64,000 nucleotides of DNA from Clostridia bacterium (GCA_017465505.1 JAFTWB010000002.1:263-64262), one strand, 5' to 3'; counted from the first letter of the stretch, positions 36,051 through 49,115 are shown. The notes: generated by a model not told the origin, from the letters alone. Program-made: numbers and translations.

Positions 36051-37727
36051 TCAGTCTTCTTTCTTGGACTTCTTGGAAGCTACAAAGAATACTACAGAGA
36101 GAGTAATAAGACCTAAACCTGCAACTGTAAAGATTACTGTGCCCATACCACCTGTGATGGGAAGCTGAGGAGTTGCCTGGTTAATGATTGCAGTAGCTGC
36201 TGCGTCATAAGAGCCTGCTTTTACTTCAAAAGTAATTCTGTCTGCACGAAGCTCATAGCCCAAAGGTGCCTTTGTTTCAAGAAGGTCGTACTTGCCGTAT
36301 GCAAGACCCTTAATCTCAAATGTACCGTCAGCAGAGGACTTAAGACCTGTTTTAATGGGTGTTGTGCCGCCGTGAACATAAAGGTTGAACTCTGCATTTG
36401 CAAGACCCTGATTTGAAGCGTTTGTCTTAACGAACTTGTAGCCGCCTGTGTATACATAGGGCTTTTGGGTAAGACCTACTTCATACTCGGGAGTATTGCT
36501 GGCCTTGAAGATAAGGTTACAGTCGTTGTAGTACTTTGTTTCGATTACTGCGGAAGAATCCAGGGTTGTGTCGTACTCAACCTTAACTCTTGTTGCATTC
36601 TTAAGAGCAGAGATATCTGTAACATCAACTGCGAAATCGTAATCCTCGGTAGCAGGATTTACGGTATAGTCGGTTTTATCAATCTCTTCAAAACCAGAAG
36701 CAGTTTCAGCATAAACCTTTACGGATGAGTCATCCAAGTGGAGAAGGTCGTCCATATTATCGGTGATTGTGTAATTTGTGTATGTTGTTGTAGCTATATC
36801 AGCAGGAACACCGGCATAGATAATCCAATGCTGCTTTGCTTTGTCAAACTCATTGAAGCTTGTGCAGTCTTCGTAGTTGTCGTCCTTAGTTACAAACTTA
36901 ATAATCTGAGGCTGTGTGGAGTTCTGAACAGGAGTAAGAGTCTGAACACCGATTTTTGTTGCAGAAACTGTGAAGTTGTACTTGTCTGTCTTGAGGATGT
37001 AGCCGTCGAGAGTTTCTGTTTCTAAGAAGTAGTAGTCGCCAACAGGAAGGTTTGAAACCTCAATGTAACCCTTATCGTCTGTTACGAAAGTAGTGATAGC
37101 GTTGCCGAAGTAGTCTGCTGTAACCTTGGAGCCGTCCTTCTTGTAAAGCTCAAACTTAACGCCCTTAAGGGGTGTTTCGCCGTCTAACTTCTGAAGCTTT
37201 GCACCACCGAGGGGGATGTAGTTCTTGGGATAAGCATAAACGTCAGCCATATAGCCGTCATCTGTGGTGTTTGTCATAGGAAGGTATACAAAGAAAGGAA
37301 CAGAAACTGTTGTAACATACTCGGGAGCGCCTGTTTCTACAACATAGTAAAGACCAAACTCATCAGCATTTACTGTAAAGTCTGCCTTACCGCCGTTTGC
37401 AGTTGTAACAGTTGTTACCTTAGTGAAATCGTTAACATCGGGCTGTTTGGGAGCAGCAGTGTTAAGGTCACCAACCTTGTAGATTGTGAAAGCAACGCCG
37501 TCAAGGGTTTCTTTGCCTGTAACTGTCTGCTGAACGCCTGTGGAAGAAGCACTGTTGCCGATAATTGTGTCAAGCTCTACTTCGCCTGTGGAGTCAGTAA
37601 CTTCGTACTTTGTAATGTGAAGAGTAGCAGACTGAGGGAGTGTTGCTGCGGAAGCTGTAGTAGCAAACGCAGTTAAAAGAGTGAGCATTGCCAGAATAAG
37701 GCAAGCCATAGACTTAAACTTTTTCAT
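36051..37727 (-). CDS. Major (backbone) pilin, SpaA/SpaD/SpaH-like
   Basis: Signal peptide; YPKN pilin motif; E-box LLETKAPLGY; LPITGG + TM + basic tail. ATG at 37727 with AGGTG RBS. Confidence 0.92.
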   Translation of the reverse strand: MKKFKSMACLILAMLTLLTAFATTASAATLPQSATLHITKYEVTDSTGEVELDTIIGNSASSTGVQQTVTGKETLDGVAFTIYKVGDLNTAAPKQPDVNDFTKVTTVTTANGGKADFTVNADEFGLYYVVETGAPEYVTTVSVPFFVYLPMTNTTDDGYMADVYAYPKNYIPLGGAKLQKLDGETPLKGVKFELYKKDGSKVTADYFGNAITTFVTDDKGYIEVSNLPVGDYYFLETETLDGYILKTDKYNFTVSATKIGVQTLTPVQNSTQPQIIKFVTKDDNYEDCTSFNEFDKAKQHWIIYAGVPADIATTTYTNYTITDNMDDLLHLDDSSVKVYAETASGFEEIDKTDYTVNPATEDYDFAVDVTDISALKNATRVKVEYDTTLDSSAVIETKYYNDCNLIFKASNTPEYEVGLTQKPYVYTGGYKFVKTNASNQGLANAEFNLYVHGGTTPIKTGLKSSADGTFEIKGLAYGKYDLLETKAPLGYELRADRITFEVKAGSYDAAATAIINQATPQLPITGGMGTVIFTVAGLGLITLSVVFFVASKKSKKED

Positions 37728-37765
37728 TATTAAATCACCTTTCATATTATTTAGGTATAAAATCT

Positions 37766-40700
37766 TTAACGATAGTGAACGCCTTTTTTAGAAGGCTTTT
37801 TGCTTACAAGCCAACAAATTGCCGCTACGCCGAAAATCGAAATTGCCGCTGCTGTGCCAAAGGCAAAACCGCTGCCGCCTGTAAGAGGCAGAGGCTGACT
37901 TTCGTAGTCAATAAAGTCAATATGGACTTCTGCATTGTTTTCGGCAGTTTTTCTTACGTTGACGTAAGGTGTAAGAGGACTGAGCTCATAGCCCACGGGA
38001 GCCTTTGTTTCTACAACAACGTAATCTCCCTGGGGAATATTCTCAAACACCGCCGCAATCACCTTTGTGCCGTCCTCCAGCTCAACCTCTTTGGTTGTCT
38101 GTGGGCCGCTTGTATATGTGCTGTCGGTGTCCTCTATCCAACCGCCTGCTTCATCAGGAGAAGCTGTTCTGAGCTCAAACTCTGCACCCTCTAAAGAGGT
38201 TGTACCGTTGAGGCTGCTCTTTTTGTAAACGTAAACCTTACAAAGAGCACTTTCGTTGGCGATTGTTACGTCATTGGCAGGAGCTGTGAAGGCACTGTCG
38301 GTGTAGTAGCTTACAGAGGCAGAAAGCACACCGTTTTCACCTGCAGTAACACTTACCTTGGCGAAATAAGGTGTTTCGTCGTAGATGTAATCCATATTGT
38401 TTTCATCTTTAACCTCGTAAAGCTTGTAGCAATATGTGCCGGGCTTACTGAACTCAAACATCTTATTATCGGAAGTGTTCTTAAATGTAACCTTACCGTT
38501 TTCAGATGTGTTGACGGTCATAGATGTGTTTGCAGTGTTATCGCTTACACCCTCAGCCTTAAACTCAAATTCAGTACCTGTGTAAGGTGCGGTATCAAGA
38601 GTTTTATTGAGAGTAAGCTCTGCTTCAACAGGCTTGTACTTATTCTTGAACACAACCTCTGCGGAGCTTATCTCGGTTGAGAAGCTTGAGTCGGAATAGT
38701 ACTTTGCCTCGTTCACTGTAAGCACACCGTCATTGTCAGCAGTTACCACAATTTTAGCATAGAATACAGTATCGTCGTAAATATAGCCTGCCTTGCCGTC
38801 GTTAACCTCAGAAATCTTGTAGCAGTAAATACCCTCTTCGCCATAGGTAAAGGGAGAATACTCGGTGGTATTGGCAAAGCCCACAACACCGTTTGCTACT
38901 GAGCTGACCTCTAAGGAAACGTCCTTTGTATCCTTGGTGGTTTCTGAACCAAGGGTCATTTTGTCAAGTCCTTCAAGCTTGAAGGTAAAGTCTGTACCTG
39001 TGTAGCTTTCACCTGCGAGAGTTTTGTTAGCAGAGAGTGCTGTACTTACAGGTTTGTAGATGTTTGTGTAAAGAATATCGTTGATGTCGGCAATGTCTGC
39101 GGATACGCTGTAGCCGCTAACAACGGCATTAGCACCGCCGGCAATAGAGCCGAGCTCATAGCCGCTCTTTACAGCTTCAGTCACCTTGTACTTTGCACCC
39201 TTAGGCATACCGTTGAAGACAGCCTTCTGACCTGCCTGTAATGAGAACTTACCGTTTTCGGCAGTAAGTGTTGCAATATAATTACTGTTCACGTCAAAAA
39301 GGTCATAATCAAGGGAGTACTCGGATTTAAAGCTGCCGCTGCCGTCAACATCCAATGCAATTATGTAATCAAATACTGCTGTAGAGGTATCGGAAATATC
39401 TTTTCCGTCTTCGTCTTCAACAGCCTTAGAAACTGCAATGTTGGTTGTTTTGGGGGTGTTCACATATCCCAGATACAGGCTTGTTCTCAGATTAGAGTCA
39501 CCTGACGCATTGATAAGGTCAAAGATTGACTGCATAGATGTTTCATCGTTGCTCTCGGCAAGAACATCACCTGTGTTATTATCGTAAAGTGTCCAGACAG
39601 TATCATATTCAATACCTGTTAAGGTGTTGTACTCGGTAATTGACATATTAGAGCCTGTTTCGAACTTAGCGTCGAAGAAGGCACTGCCAAGATGAGGAAG
39701 ATTAAAGCCTGTGTCAGCCACAAAGTAAACATCACCGTCAGCGGTAATGTATTCAACGCCGATAACCTGATTATTGTCGTTTGAAATGTTGTAGCCGAAC
39801 TTTTCTGCCTGTAAAACAGCGTCTACAAGACCGGGGTTAAGGTCAGCAGGGTCAATCTCGTTGGCAACTGTAATGTCGTTGTCAAGAGGAGTCATTGTGA
39901 AGTTAATCTTCATATTAGACTCAATAAGACCACGCTCCATATAGAACACTGTCATTGTGTATGTCTTCTGGTCATCTGTATTATCGAAGAAGCTGCTGAA
40001 GTCATACTCTACATTGGTCTTCATCTGAGCAGAAGCCGAAGAGCTGCCGCTTAAGCCGGAATTTTCACCTGCAACAGCCCACTGTGCAACTGTATACTGT
40101 TCAGAATCATCTCCACCGCTGATGTAATATGAACCATTGGTAGAAGTTAAATCAATATTCTCAGTTTGCTTTGTCTCATTTCCGCCACTGAAAACAACTC
40201 CTGTAGCACCACTGGGAATTTCAAAACGATAATTACCGTTACTAAGCTTAGTCATAGCCTTACCGGGCCAAGCTCCGTTTACCGCTCCGCTTGAATTGAA
40301 GAAGTATACATAGGGAGTTGTCCATTTGCCCTTTGCATCAAGGTAAACGTATTGCTTTTCGCTGGTGTTGGTGTCAATGTCAGAAATATTATAAGCCTCG
40401 CTTACGGTAGAAACCATTTCTTTAAAGTCGATTTTACCGTAGCTCTTTTTATGGGCACCGCCCATATCAAGAATAAGTCTGCCGTTATCATCATCGTCAT
40501 CATTATCCTTGATGTAAACCCAAAGGTCGTCGTCACCCTCAAACTCAAAGAGAATGGGCTCATCAGTACCGGGAATTACGCCACCCTCGGGAACACGGAA
40601 GTCAATATCCATACGGATACCGAAGCCGTAGTTAAGGTTTTCGTTAGAGTAGGTCTTAACGCCCTTTGTACCGGAAGCATTGTTAAAGGGGAAAATACCA

Positions 40701-41818
40701 TAACCTGATCTGAAGCCATCATCAGGATTCATAAAGTACTGAATACCGTCTTTGATACCGTAGTAATAGTCCTTGTGTGAGGAAGATACGGTATTTGTAC
40801 CGTAATTTATGAGTGTGGGATAGGTTTCTGTACCCTGAGTATCCCAGGTAAAGTAAATGTTATCCTTTGCGTCGTTAGAGTCAAAGCTATACTTCTTGTA
40901 GCCTTCCTGCTCTTCAATAACAAAGGGGAAGTCAGCAGAAATCACCTTAGCAAGGTCATTCTCCATAAGCCAGCTGTTATTAAAGTAAGGTGCAGGCATA
41001 GAATCTGTTACCATAAGGTCGCCTGTTTCACTGAGAGTAGGACGCATTAAACCCTGAACACTGGCGTTTTCACTTGAAAGTGCGTTTGAGTTATTGGGCA
41101 CATAGTGGAAGTTGTATGCATTCTGTGAGTTGGTTGCATTTGCCCAGCCGCCGCTTCCGTGGTAGCTTGTGTTGTAAGCACCGCTTGTATTACAGAAGTT
41201 ACCGAAATACAAGGGGTAATTCCAGGTAGAGGAATTACTCTTGGCAAGCTTTGAAATCTCCTGGTTAAAAATAAAGAAAGGATACCAGTCGTCAGACGAT
41301 TTATTAAAGCCTGTACCGTGCTGTATGGGATTGAGCCACTGGCCGTTATACTCTTCATCAGAAAGATAATCGTAGTATGTAGCCTTAACGCCCAAGATGT
41401 TGGTTTCGTTGTTGTGGAAGGTATTGCCTACTACGTAATTAGCATTAGCTATTTCAGCGTCAAGCTCATCCCAGCTTCGTGTCACAACGTTGTAACAGGG
41501 CATTGTAAGATGGCCGGGCACTTCAAGCTTACCTGTAGAGCCTGCTGTGTCACCCTCGTTAGGCTTAAACATAAACGTTGAGCCTACAGGAACATAAGCC
41601 ACAAAATAACCTGTCGTTGTGTCTGAATTGAAGCCCTCGTGAGTAACAGCCTGAAGAGGCTTAACCACAGTAAGGGGGTTGTTGGGGTCGTAGGTAACAA
41701 ACGCATTTTTCCAGGCAGGGGCGTAAACGTATGCCACTGTCAGAGCCTCTGACAACGGAGAAGCATATTTACTCCACTTGCAGGAAGTTGAGCCTGTTAC
41801 GTAAATGGTATTATCTGA
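37766..41818 (-). pseudogene. 5'-truncated pilus tip adhesin: fibro-slime/PA14-like domain with inserted CBM26-like module, FctA/Spy0128 and SpaA domains, LPLTG
   Basis: F.GDDDLWVYI...DMGGAH...FYMERG fibro-slime motifs; W..PYVY.F...AWPG..M starch-binding motif; E-box VVETKAPVGY; LPLTGG + TM. The frame is open only up to an in-frame TAA at 41819-41821; no signal peptide or RBS. Confidence 0.7.
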
Positions 41819-41841
41819 TTATTTTTCATATCAGATGTTTT

Positions 41842-41886
41842 AAAAAAAAGCAGATAATCCGTATTATAAAAAACAGATTATCTGCC
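41842..41886 (-). terminator. atp operon terminator
   Basis: A8-GCAGATAATC...GATTATCTGC downstream of atpC. Confidence 0.8.
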
Positions 41887-41898
41887 AAAGTAAGTTTT

Positions 41899-42312
41899 TT
41901 AGTTCAAGCTGTGCTTTTGCTTGATTTTCAGGTTATTTATGGCGTTTTTCAGCATAATTCTTGAAAGCTGATAATCCTTATCGCTTTTGCTTTTTCTCAG
42001 CTCTCTTAAGGCTTCTTCCTCTGCCCTACGCTCTTTTTCCTCGTCTATCTCTTCGGGCAACAAGGCATAGTCGCACAAAAGTGTAACATTGTTATCCACT
42101 GCGTCAAGCATACCGCCGGACACAGAAAACTGCACTTTTTTACCCTCAGGTGTAGTGTAGGACGCCTCGCCATAGGTAACAGAAGCGGTAACAGGCTCTC
42201 TGTAAGCCATTATACCCAACATACCGTCGCTTATGGGAACAACAAGAGAGGTACTCTCCCCAATATAAAAAGCACGCTCAGGTGTGAGAATTTTAAGATT
42301 AAAGCTTTTCAC
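41899..42312 (-). CDS. atpC: F1 ATP synthase epsilon subunit
   Basis: GTG at 42312; F.LKILTPER.FY...P..DG.LGI; C-terminal helical hairpin. Confidence 0.92.
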   Translation of the reverse strand: MKSFNLKILTPERAFYIGESTSLVVPISDGMLGIMAYREPVTASVTYGEASYTTPEGKKVQFSVSGGMLDAVDNNVTLLCDYALLPEEIDEEKERRAEEEALRELRKSKSDKDYQLSRIMLKNAINNLKIKQKHSLN

Positions 42313-42313
42313 C

Positions 42314-44642
<2,329 letters not shown>

Positions 44643-44663
44643 ATAATGTTCCTCCTCTCCTTT

Positions 44664-46439
44664 TTATCTGCTTGCAAGAAACCTTTTAGCCGTTTCGATT
44701 ATTTCATTTTTAAGCTTATCGGAATAAGTCTTCTTGTGCTCGATTTTAACACAAACCGAGCTTCGGTTCTGCTCAAAATACTCCAGGAGCTCCTGCTGGA
44801 CGGCTTTAATATCCTTTTCGGGAATATCAACAAAAAGCCTTTCCTGAGCACAAATCAGAGTAATTACCTGTCTGTGCAAGGTCATAGGCGAATTATTGCT
44901 CTGACGCAAAAGCCTCATAAGCCCTGCACCGTATTTAAGCTGGCGAGCAGTGCCTGCGTCCAGATCACCGCCAAACTGCGAGAAAGCCTGCATTTCCCTG
45001 TACTGAGCAAGGTCAAGCCTTACTGTGCCCACAGATTTTTTCATAATGTTGGTCTGGGCTGCACCTCCTACTCGGGATACCGACAAGCCCACATTTATGG
45101 CAGGTCGCTGACCTGCAAAGAAAAGCTCGCTTTCAAGGAAAATCTGACCGTCTGTTATGGAAATAATATTTGTAGGAATATACGCCGACACATCTCCCGC
45201 CTGAGTTTCTACAATAGGCAGAGCAGTCATACTGCCGCCGCTGAACTTGTCAGAAAGCTGAGCCGACCTCTCAAGAAGTCTTGAGTGAAGATAGAAAACA
45301 TCACCGGGATAAGCCTCTCTGCCGGGAGAACGCTCCAAAAGAAGGCTGAGGGTTCTGTAAGCCACGGCGTGTTTGGAAAGGTCATCGTAAACTATCAATA
45401 CATCTCTGCCGTGATACATAAAGTATTCAGCAACAGCACAGCCTGCGTAGGGTGCAATATACTGCAGGGAGGCAGAATCGCTGGCAGGCGAAGAAACCAC
45501 AACGGTATAATCCATAGCGTCGTGTTTTTTCAGAGTGGCTACCACCTTGGCAATGGAGCTTGCCTTCTGGCCGATTGCAACATAAACACAAACCACGTTT
45601 TTGTCTTTCTGGTTGATAATTGTATCTGTGGCAATGGTGGTTTTGCCTGTCTGCCTGTCGCCGATAATCAGCTCACGCTGACCTCTGCCAATGGGAAACA
45701 TAGAATCAATAGCCAGAATACCTGTTTCCATAGGAGTAGACACGGATTTACGCTCGATAATACCGGGAGCAGGACGCTCTATGGGGAAATATTCTTTAGC
45801 ACCGATTTCGCCGCCGTCATCCACAGGCTTTCCCAGAGGGTCGATAATTCTGCCTAAAATACGGGTGCTTATGGGGATACCTGCTGTTCGCTGAGTTCTC
45901 ACAACACGGCTTCCTTCGAAAATCTCACTGTCGTCACCGAAGAGGATAACACCGTTTGTGCCGTCACTTCGGATATCCTGTACCATACCCTTTACACCAC
46001 AGTCAAAGAGCACGATTTCGCCGTACTCCACCTCGCGAAGTCCGTTAATAAGAGCTATACCGTCACCAACGGAAACTACAAAGCCCACCTGCTGATGACC
46101 TATGTGAAGCTCGAAATTGTCAATTTCTTCTTTAATAAGCGAAACAATGTTTTCTGGGCAATTGCGCTTCTCAACGGACTGGATTGATTTTCTCAGCTGG
46201 CGGATTCTGCCCAGAGTACTCCAGTCGTAGTTTTCGTCACCTACAAAAATACGGAAACCGCCCACAACGCTTAAATCCTTGCGGATTACAAAGTCAATAT
46301 CGTCAGCATTATACTCCGCCAGAAAGAAATCCTTCATTTTAGAAAGCTGCTCCTCAGTTGGTGGAGTAACACACTGGATTTCTACGGTGACGATGTTGCT
46401 TTTTACCTCGGGAGTTTCATCAAAATTACTTTTTATCAT
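44664..46439 (-). CDS. atpA: F1 ATP synthase alpha subunit with N-terminal delta (OSCP C-terminal)-like extension
   Basis: GDRQTGKT; [20 protein letters not shown]; about 90 extra N-terminal residues (..[19 protein letters not shown]..). ATG at 46439 overlaps the atpF end. Confidence 0.95.
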   Translation of the reverse strand: MIKSNFDETPEVKSNIVTVEIQCVTPPTEEQLSKMKDFFLAEYNADDIDFVIRKDLSVVGGFRIFVGDENYDWSTLGRIRQLRKSIQSVEKRNCPENIVSLIKEEIDNFELHIGHQQVGFVVSVGDGIALINGLREVEYGEIVLFDCGVKGMVQDIRSDGTNGVILFGDDSEIFEGSRVVRTQRTAGIPISTRILGRIIDPLGKPVDDGGEIGAKEYFPIERPAPGIIERKSVSTPMETGILAIDSMFPIGRGQRELIIGDRQTGKTTIATDTIINQKDKNVVCVYVAIGQKASSIAKVVATLKKHDAMDYTVVVSSPASDSASLQYIAPYAGCAVAEYFMYHGRDVLIVYDDLSKHAVAYRTLSLLLERSPGREAYPGDVFYLHSRLLERSAQLSDKFSGGSMTALPIVETQAGDVSAYIPTNIISITDGQIFLESELFFAGQRPAINVGLSVSRVGGAAQTNIMKKSVGTVRLDLAQYREMQAFSQFGGDLDAGTARQLKYGAGLMRLLRQSNNSPMTLHRQVITLICAQERLFVDIPEKDIKAVQQELLEYFEQNRSSVCVKIEHKKTYSDKLKNEIIETAKRFLASR

Positions 46440-46953
46440 TCTTAGCTCTCTCCTCGTTGACAGTATTCTCTGCCAGACGGATAAACTCATCGTAAAGAGC
46501 ACTGTTACGCTGAGGAGTAACGGTATCGCTTAAAAGCTTCTGAGTTGCAGAAACCACAAGCTCGCCTATTTCTGTCTGAACGGATTCCAGTATATGCTCT
46601 TTTCTGTCCTCAGCCTCAAGCTCTGCCGCGGTAATAATAGTTGCGGCTTTTTCTTTTGCGTCTTTAATATATTCAGCTGAAATCTCGGCGTATTCCTTTT
46701 CCAAAAGCTTTTTACGCTCGCTGATTTCTGCGTCTGCAATGCGGATTTTCTTTTCGTATTCTTCCTGAAGTCTTACGTTTTCTTCTGCCTTTGCTTTGTT
46801 GGCAGCTTCTTCGTCGGCAAACTGCTGACGACGCTTCTCCATAAAGTTCACAACCGGCTTATAAAGCAAAAATGTAAGTCCGCCTGCCAGAATAACAAAA
46901 TTCAGCATATGCAGAAGAATCTGTAAAATGTCTATATTAAGGGGAATATTCAT
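46426..46953 (-). CDS. atpF: Fo subunit b
   Basis: NFVIL...LLYKPV..FMEKR followed by a coiled coil. Confidence 0.9.
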   Translation of the reverse strand: MNIPLNIDILQILLHMLNFVILAGGLTFLLYKPVVNFMEKRRQQFADEEAANKAKAEENVRLQEEYEKKIRIADAEISERKKLLEKEYAEISAEYIKDAKEKAATIITAAELEAEDRKEHILESVQTEIGELVVSATQKLLSDTVTPQRNSALYDEFIRLAENTVNEERAKNDKK

Positions 46954-46964
46954 TATGATACCTC

Positions 46965-47348
46965 TTAAAGTACAAAGATAACAAGGATAGCAACAATCAA
47001 TGCGTAAATAATTGCTGTTTCAATAAACACAAGACCGAGCATCATTGTAGAGTTGATTTTGTCAGAAATCTCAGGCTGACGAGCCATACTCTCAGCACTT
47101 TTTGAAATAGCCATTGCCATACCAAGAGCACCTGCGGCACAAGCAAGACCAACAGCAATAGCGGCACCAATGGCCTTTGCAGATTTAACAGAGCTTTCGC
47201 CCTCTGCATTTTCTTCACCTGTATCAGCCTGTGTAATCTGAGCTGCTTCTGTTTCGGGCTGAGCAGAAACACTTAATGTAAATACGCCTGCAATAGAGAG
47301 TGTCAGGACAACTGCAAATATCATAGCAATAAGTTTAATTGTTTTCAT
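46965..47348 (-). CDS. atpE: Fo subunit c with N-terminal signal-peptide-like extension
   Basis: ARQPE loop and FIETAIIY carboxylate helix; about 55-aa extra N-terminus. Confidence 0.93.
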   Translation of the reverse strand: MKTIKLIAMIFAVVLTLSIAGVFTLSVSAQPETEAAQITQADTGEENAEGESSVKSAKAIGAAIAVGLACAAGALGMAMAISKSAESMARQPEISDKINSTMMLGLVFIETAIIYALIVAILVIFVL

Positions 47349-47350
47349 AG

Positions 47351-48193
47351 TTAGTTTACCTTCTTTTTCTTATTTTTTATTTTTTTAGGTTTTGGTTCAA
47401 TGGCTTCGCCGTAGAAAACAGAAACCAGTGTTGCAAGAACATAGGTCTGGATTATGGCGTGAAGCAATGTGAACAAAACGCCTACAATAACGGGTAACAC
47501 AAAGCTGAGGCTTACATAATAATACACAAGCTCAGTTACCAGAAGACCGCTTAAAAGTGCACCAAAAAGACGAAAGCTCATTGAAATAGGAAGGGAAAAA
47601 TCCTTCAGCACACTTAAGCCGCCCTTAACTCCTCTGAAGCGGATACCGCCACCCAGAATAATTCCATAGGACATAACGCCCAAAGCAATGGCGGCGTTTA
47701 TATCCGAAATGGGAGCAGGCAGAGAAAGAGCCGCACCGTGAGTATTTATCCACTGAACACCAAAAAGCTCAAAGAGGGTGCTCACAAAAATATACACGCC
47801 TGCACTGAAAATATACGCACCTATAAACTTAGGCTTATGAGGGCTGTTTTTTCCTGCCATACCCGAGAAAAGCCCGACAATAGTTTCAATGGCACATTGA
47901 AATTTTCCGGGTACTGTTTTAAATTTCGGAATGGCGAAAATCCTTATAAGGGCGGCAGCCAAAAGCAACACCGCCGTTACAATGTAAGCAGACACCACCG
48001 CCGGGTTTACAACAAGGGAGAAAAATTCAACCTTATTGGTTTCGTGCAGAACACTGTCCTGCATAGCCTGCTGAATACTTTCGTGCTTCGCCGCCGGCGG
48101 CCAAAGCACAATAATGCCTGCAAGGATCAACGCAATTACCAAAAGCCAAACAGCAAGAAAAATCGCTTTTTTCTTAGTTAGTCTGGTTTTCAC
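47351..48193 (-). CDS. atpB: Fo subunit a
   Basis: VPGKFQ..IE; AP..DIN; PISMSFRLFG; IIQTYV...L. Confidence 0.92.
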   Translation of the reverse strand: MKTRLTKKKAIFLAVWLLVIALILAGIIVLWPPAAKHESIQQAMQDSVLHETNKVEFFSLVVNPAVVSAYIVTAVLLLAAALIRIFAIPKFKTVPGKFQCAIETIVGLFSGMAGKNSPHKPKFIGAYIFSAGVYIFVSTLFELFGVQWINTHGAALSLPAPISDINAAIALGVMSYGIILGGGIRFRGVKGGLSVLKDFSLPISMSFRLFGALLSGLLVTELVYYYVSLSFVLPVIVGVLFTLLHAIIQTYVLATLVSVFYGEAIEPKPKKIKNKKKKVN

Positions 48194-48452
48194 TTTATCC
48201 TCTCCTTACCTAATCTGATGTTTATTATTCTAAAGACAACACCATTATACAACTTTAAATTCTTAATACAATATTTCTGAGAAAGCTTTATGCAATTTTC
48301 TTAATAAATTCTGAAAATAAACCCGGCTTATGCAGATTTTGCCTAATTTTAACAAAAATATGACTGACACACTTTCCTTACAAAAACACAGCAGCCGCCT
48401 TCGGCACAACCACATAAGGCAGTATTTTGAAAAATGCACATAGCGTGCCGAA

Positions 48453-48626
48453 ACTAAGTTTGCCCTGACGGGCAAGTGAAGTTGCCTTGCGACAGTGAAG
48501 TTACTTCGTAGTGAAGTTAGCTTCGCCGGTGTTTTTGGGCAAACTTAACTTCACATTTGCCGAAAAGCAAATACTTCACTGTGATTCATTACAACTTCAC
48601 TTCAAACAGCAGGTTTGAAACTACAC
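48453..48626. repeat. Branched palindromic element A (AGTGAAGTT/AACTTCACT cores separated by mini-hairpins)
   Basis: AGTGAAGTT at 48475, 48494 and 48510, plus a degenerate copy at 48453; inverse cores at 48547, 48572 and 48593, plus a degenerate copy at 48619. Confidence 0.85.
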
Positions 48627-48909
48627 AAAAAAGATACCACCCGAAAAAATTTTCATTCTTCGGGCGGTTTGGTCTTATACCTTAACAAGCAGGGAATTTG
48701 TACGGCAAATTCCAAAGTTTTATCGGAATAGCGGAAAAGTAAAAAGGGGCTGCCTCACTTAGTTAGTGAGACAGCCTCCTTTTTCTTTGATAAAAAACCT
48801 CGTATCAAATGATACGAGGGTGGGAGGCTGCGAACTCTTTAAATGCCAACTTAAAGTTGGTCTTTTCCAAGGTCAATAAGCCGCAAAATACCATATTGAC
48901 CTAAATTTT

Positions 48910-49081
48910 AGTGATATTGTGCCTACGGCACAGTGATATTTTCGCTACGCAAAAGTGATATTGAAACCTGCGGTTTCAGTGATATTATATTCGCCATAAA
49001 ACTGGGCGAAGCCCAATATCACTCGGCTTTAGACGAATATCACTGCGTAGCAATATCACTCGCCCCAAGGCGAATATAACT
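48910..49081. repeat. Branched palindromic element B (AGTGATATT/AATATCACT cores separated by mini-hairpins)
   Basis: AGTGATATT at 48910, 48932, 48954 and 48978; AATATCACT at 49015, 49036 and 49052; AATATAACT at 49073. Confidence 0.9.
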
Positions 49082-49115
49082 GAAAAAGACGATTGCTTTC
49101 GCAATCGTCTTTTTC
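49082..49115 (-). terminator. Terminator hairpin 3' of tRNA-Tyr
   Basis: GAAAAAGACGATTGC-tttc-GCAATCGTCTTTTTC perfect 15-bp stem. Confidence 0.8.

Noticed and set aside
48263-48475. 70-aa ORF upstream of atpB as atpI
   Set aside because: No hydrophobic AtpI pattern or RBS; it overlaps repeat element A and the probable promoter region.
48453-49081. Twin repeats as a mini-CRISPR or as plain transcription-factor boxes
   Set aside because: Cores are only 9 bp, switch orientation midway and are separated by self-complementary hairpins of variable length rather than unique spacers or fixed helical spacing.
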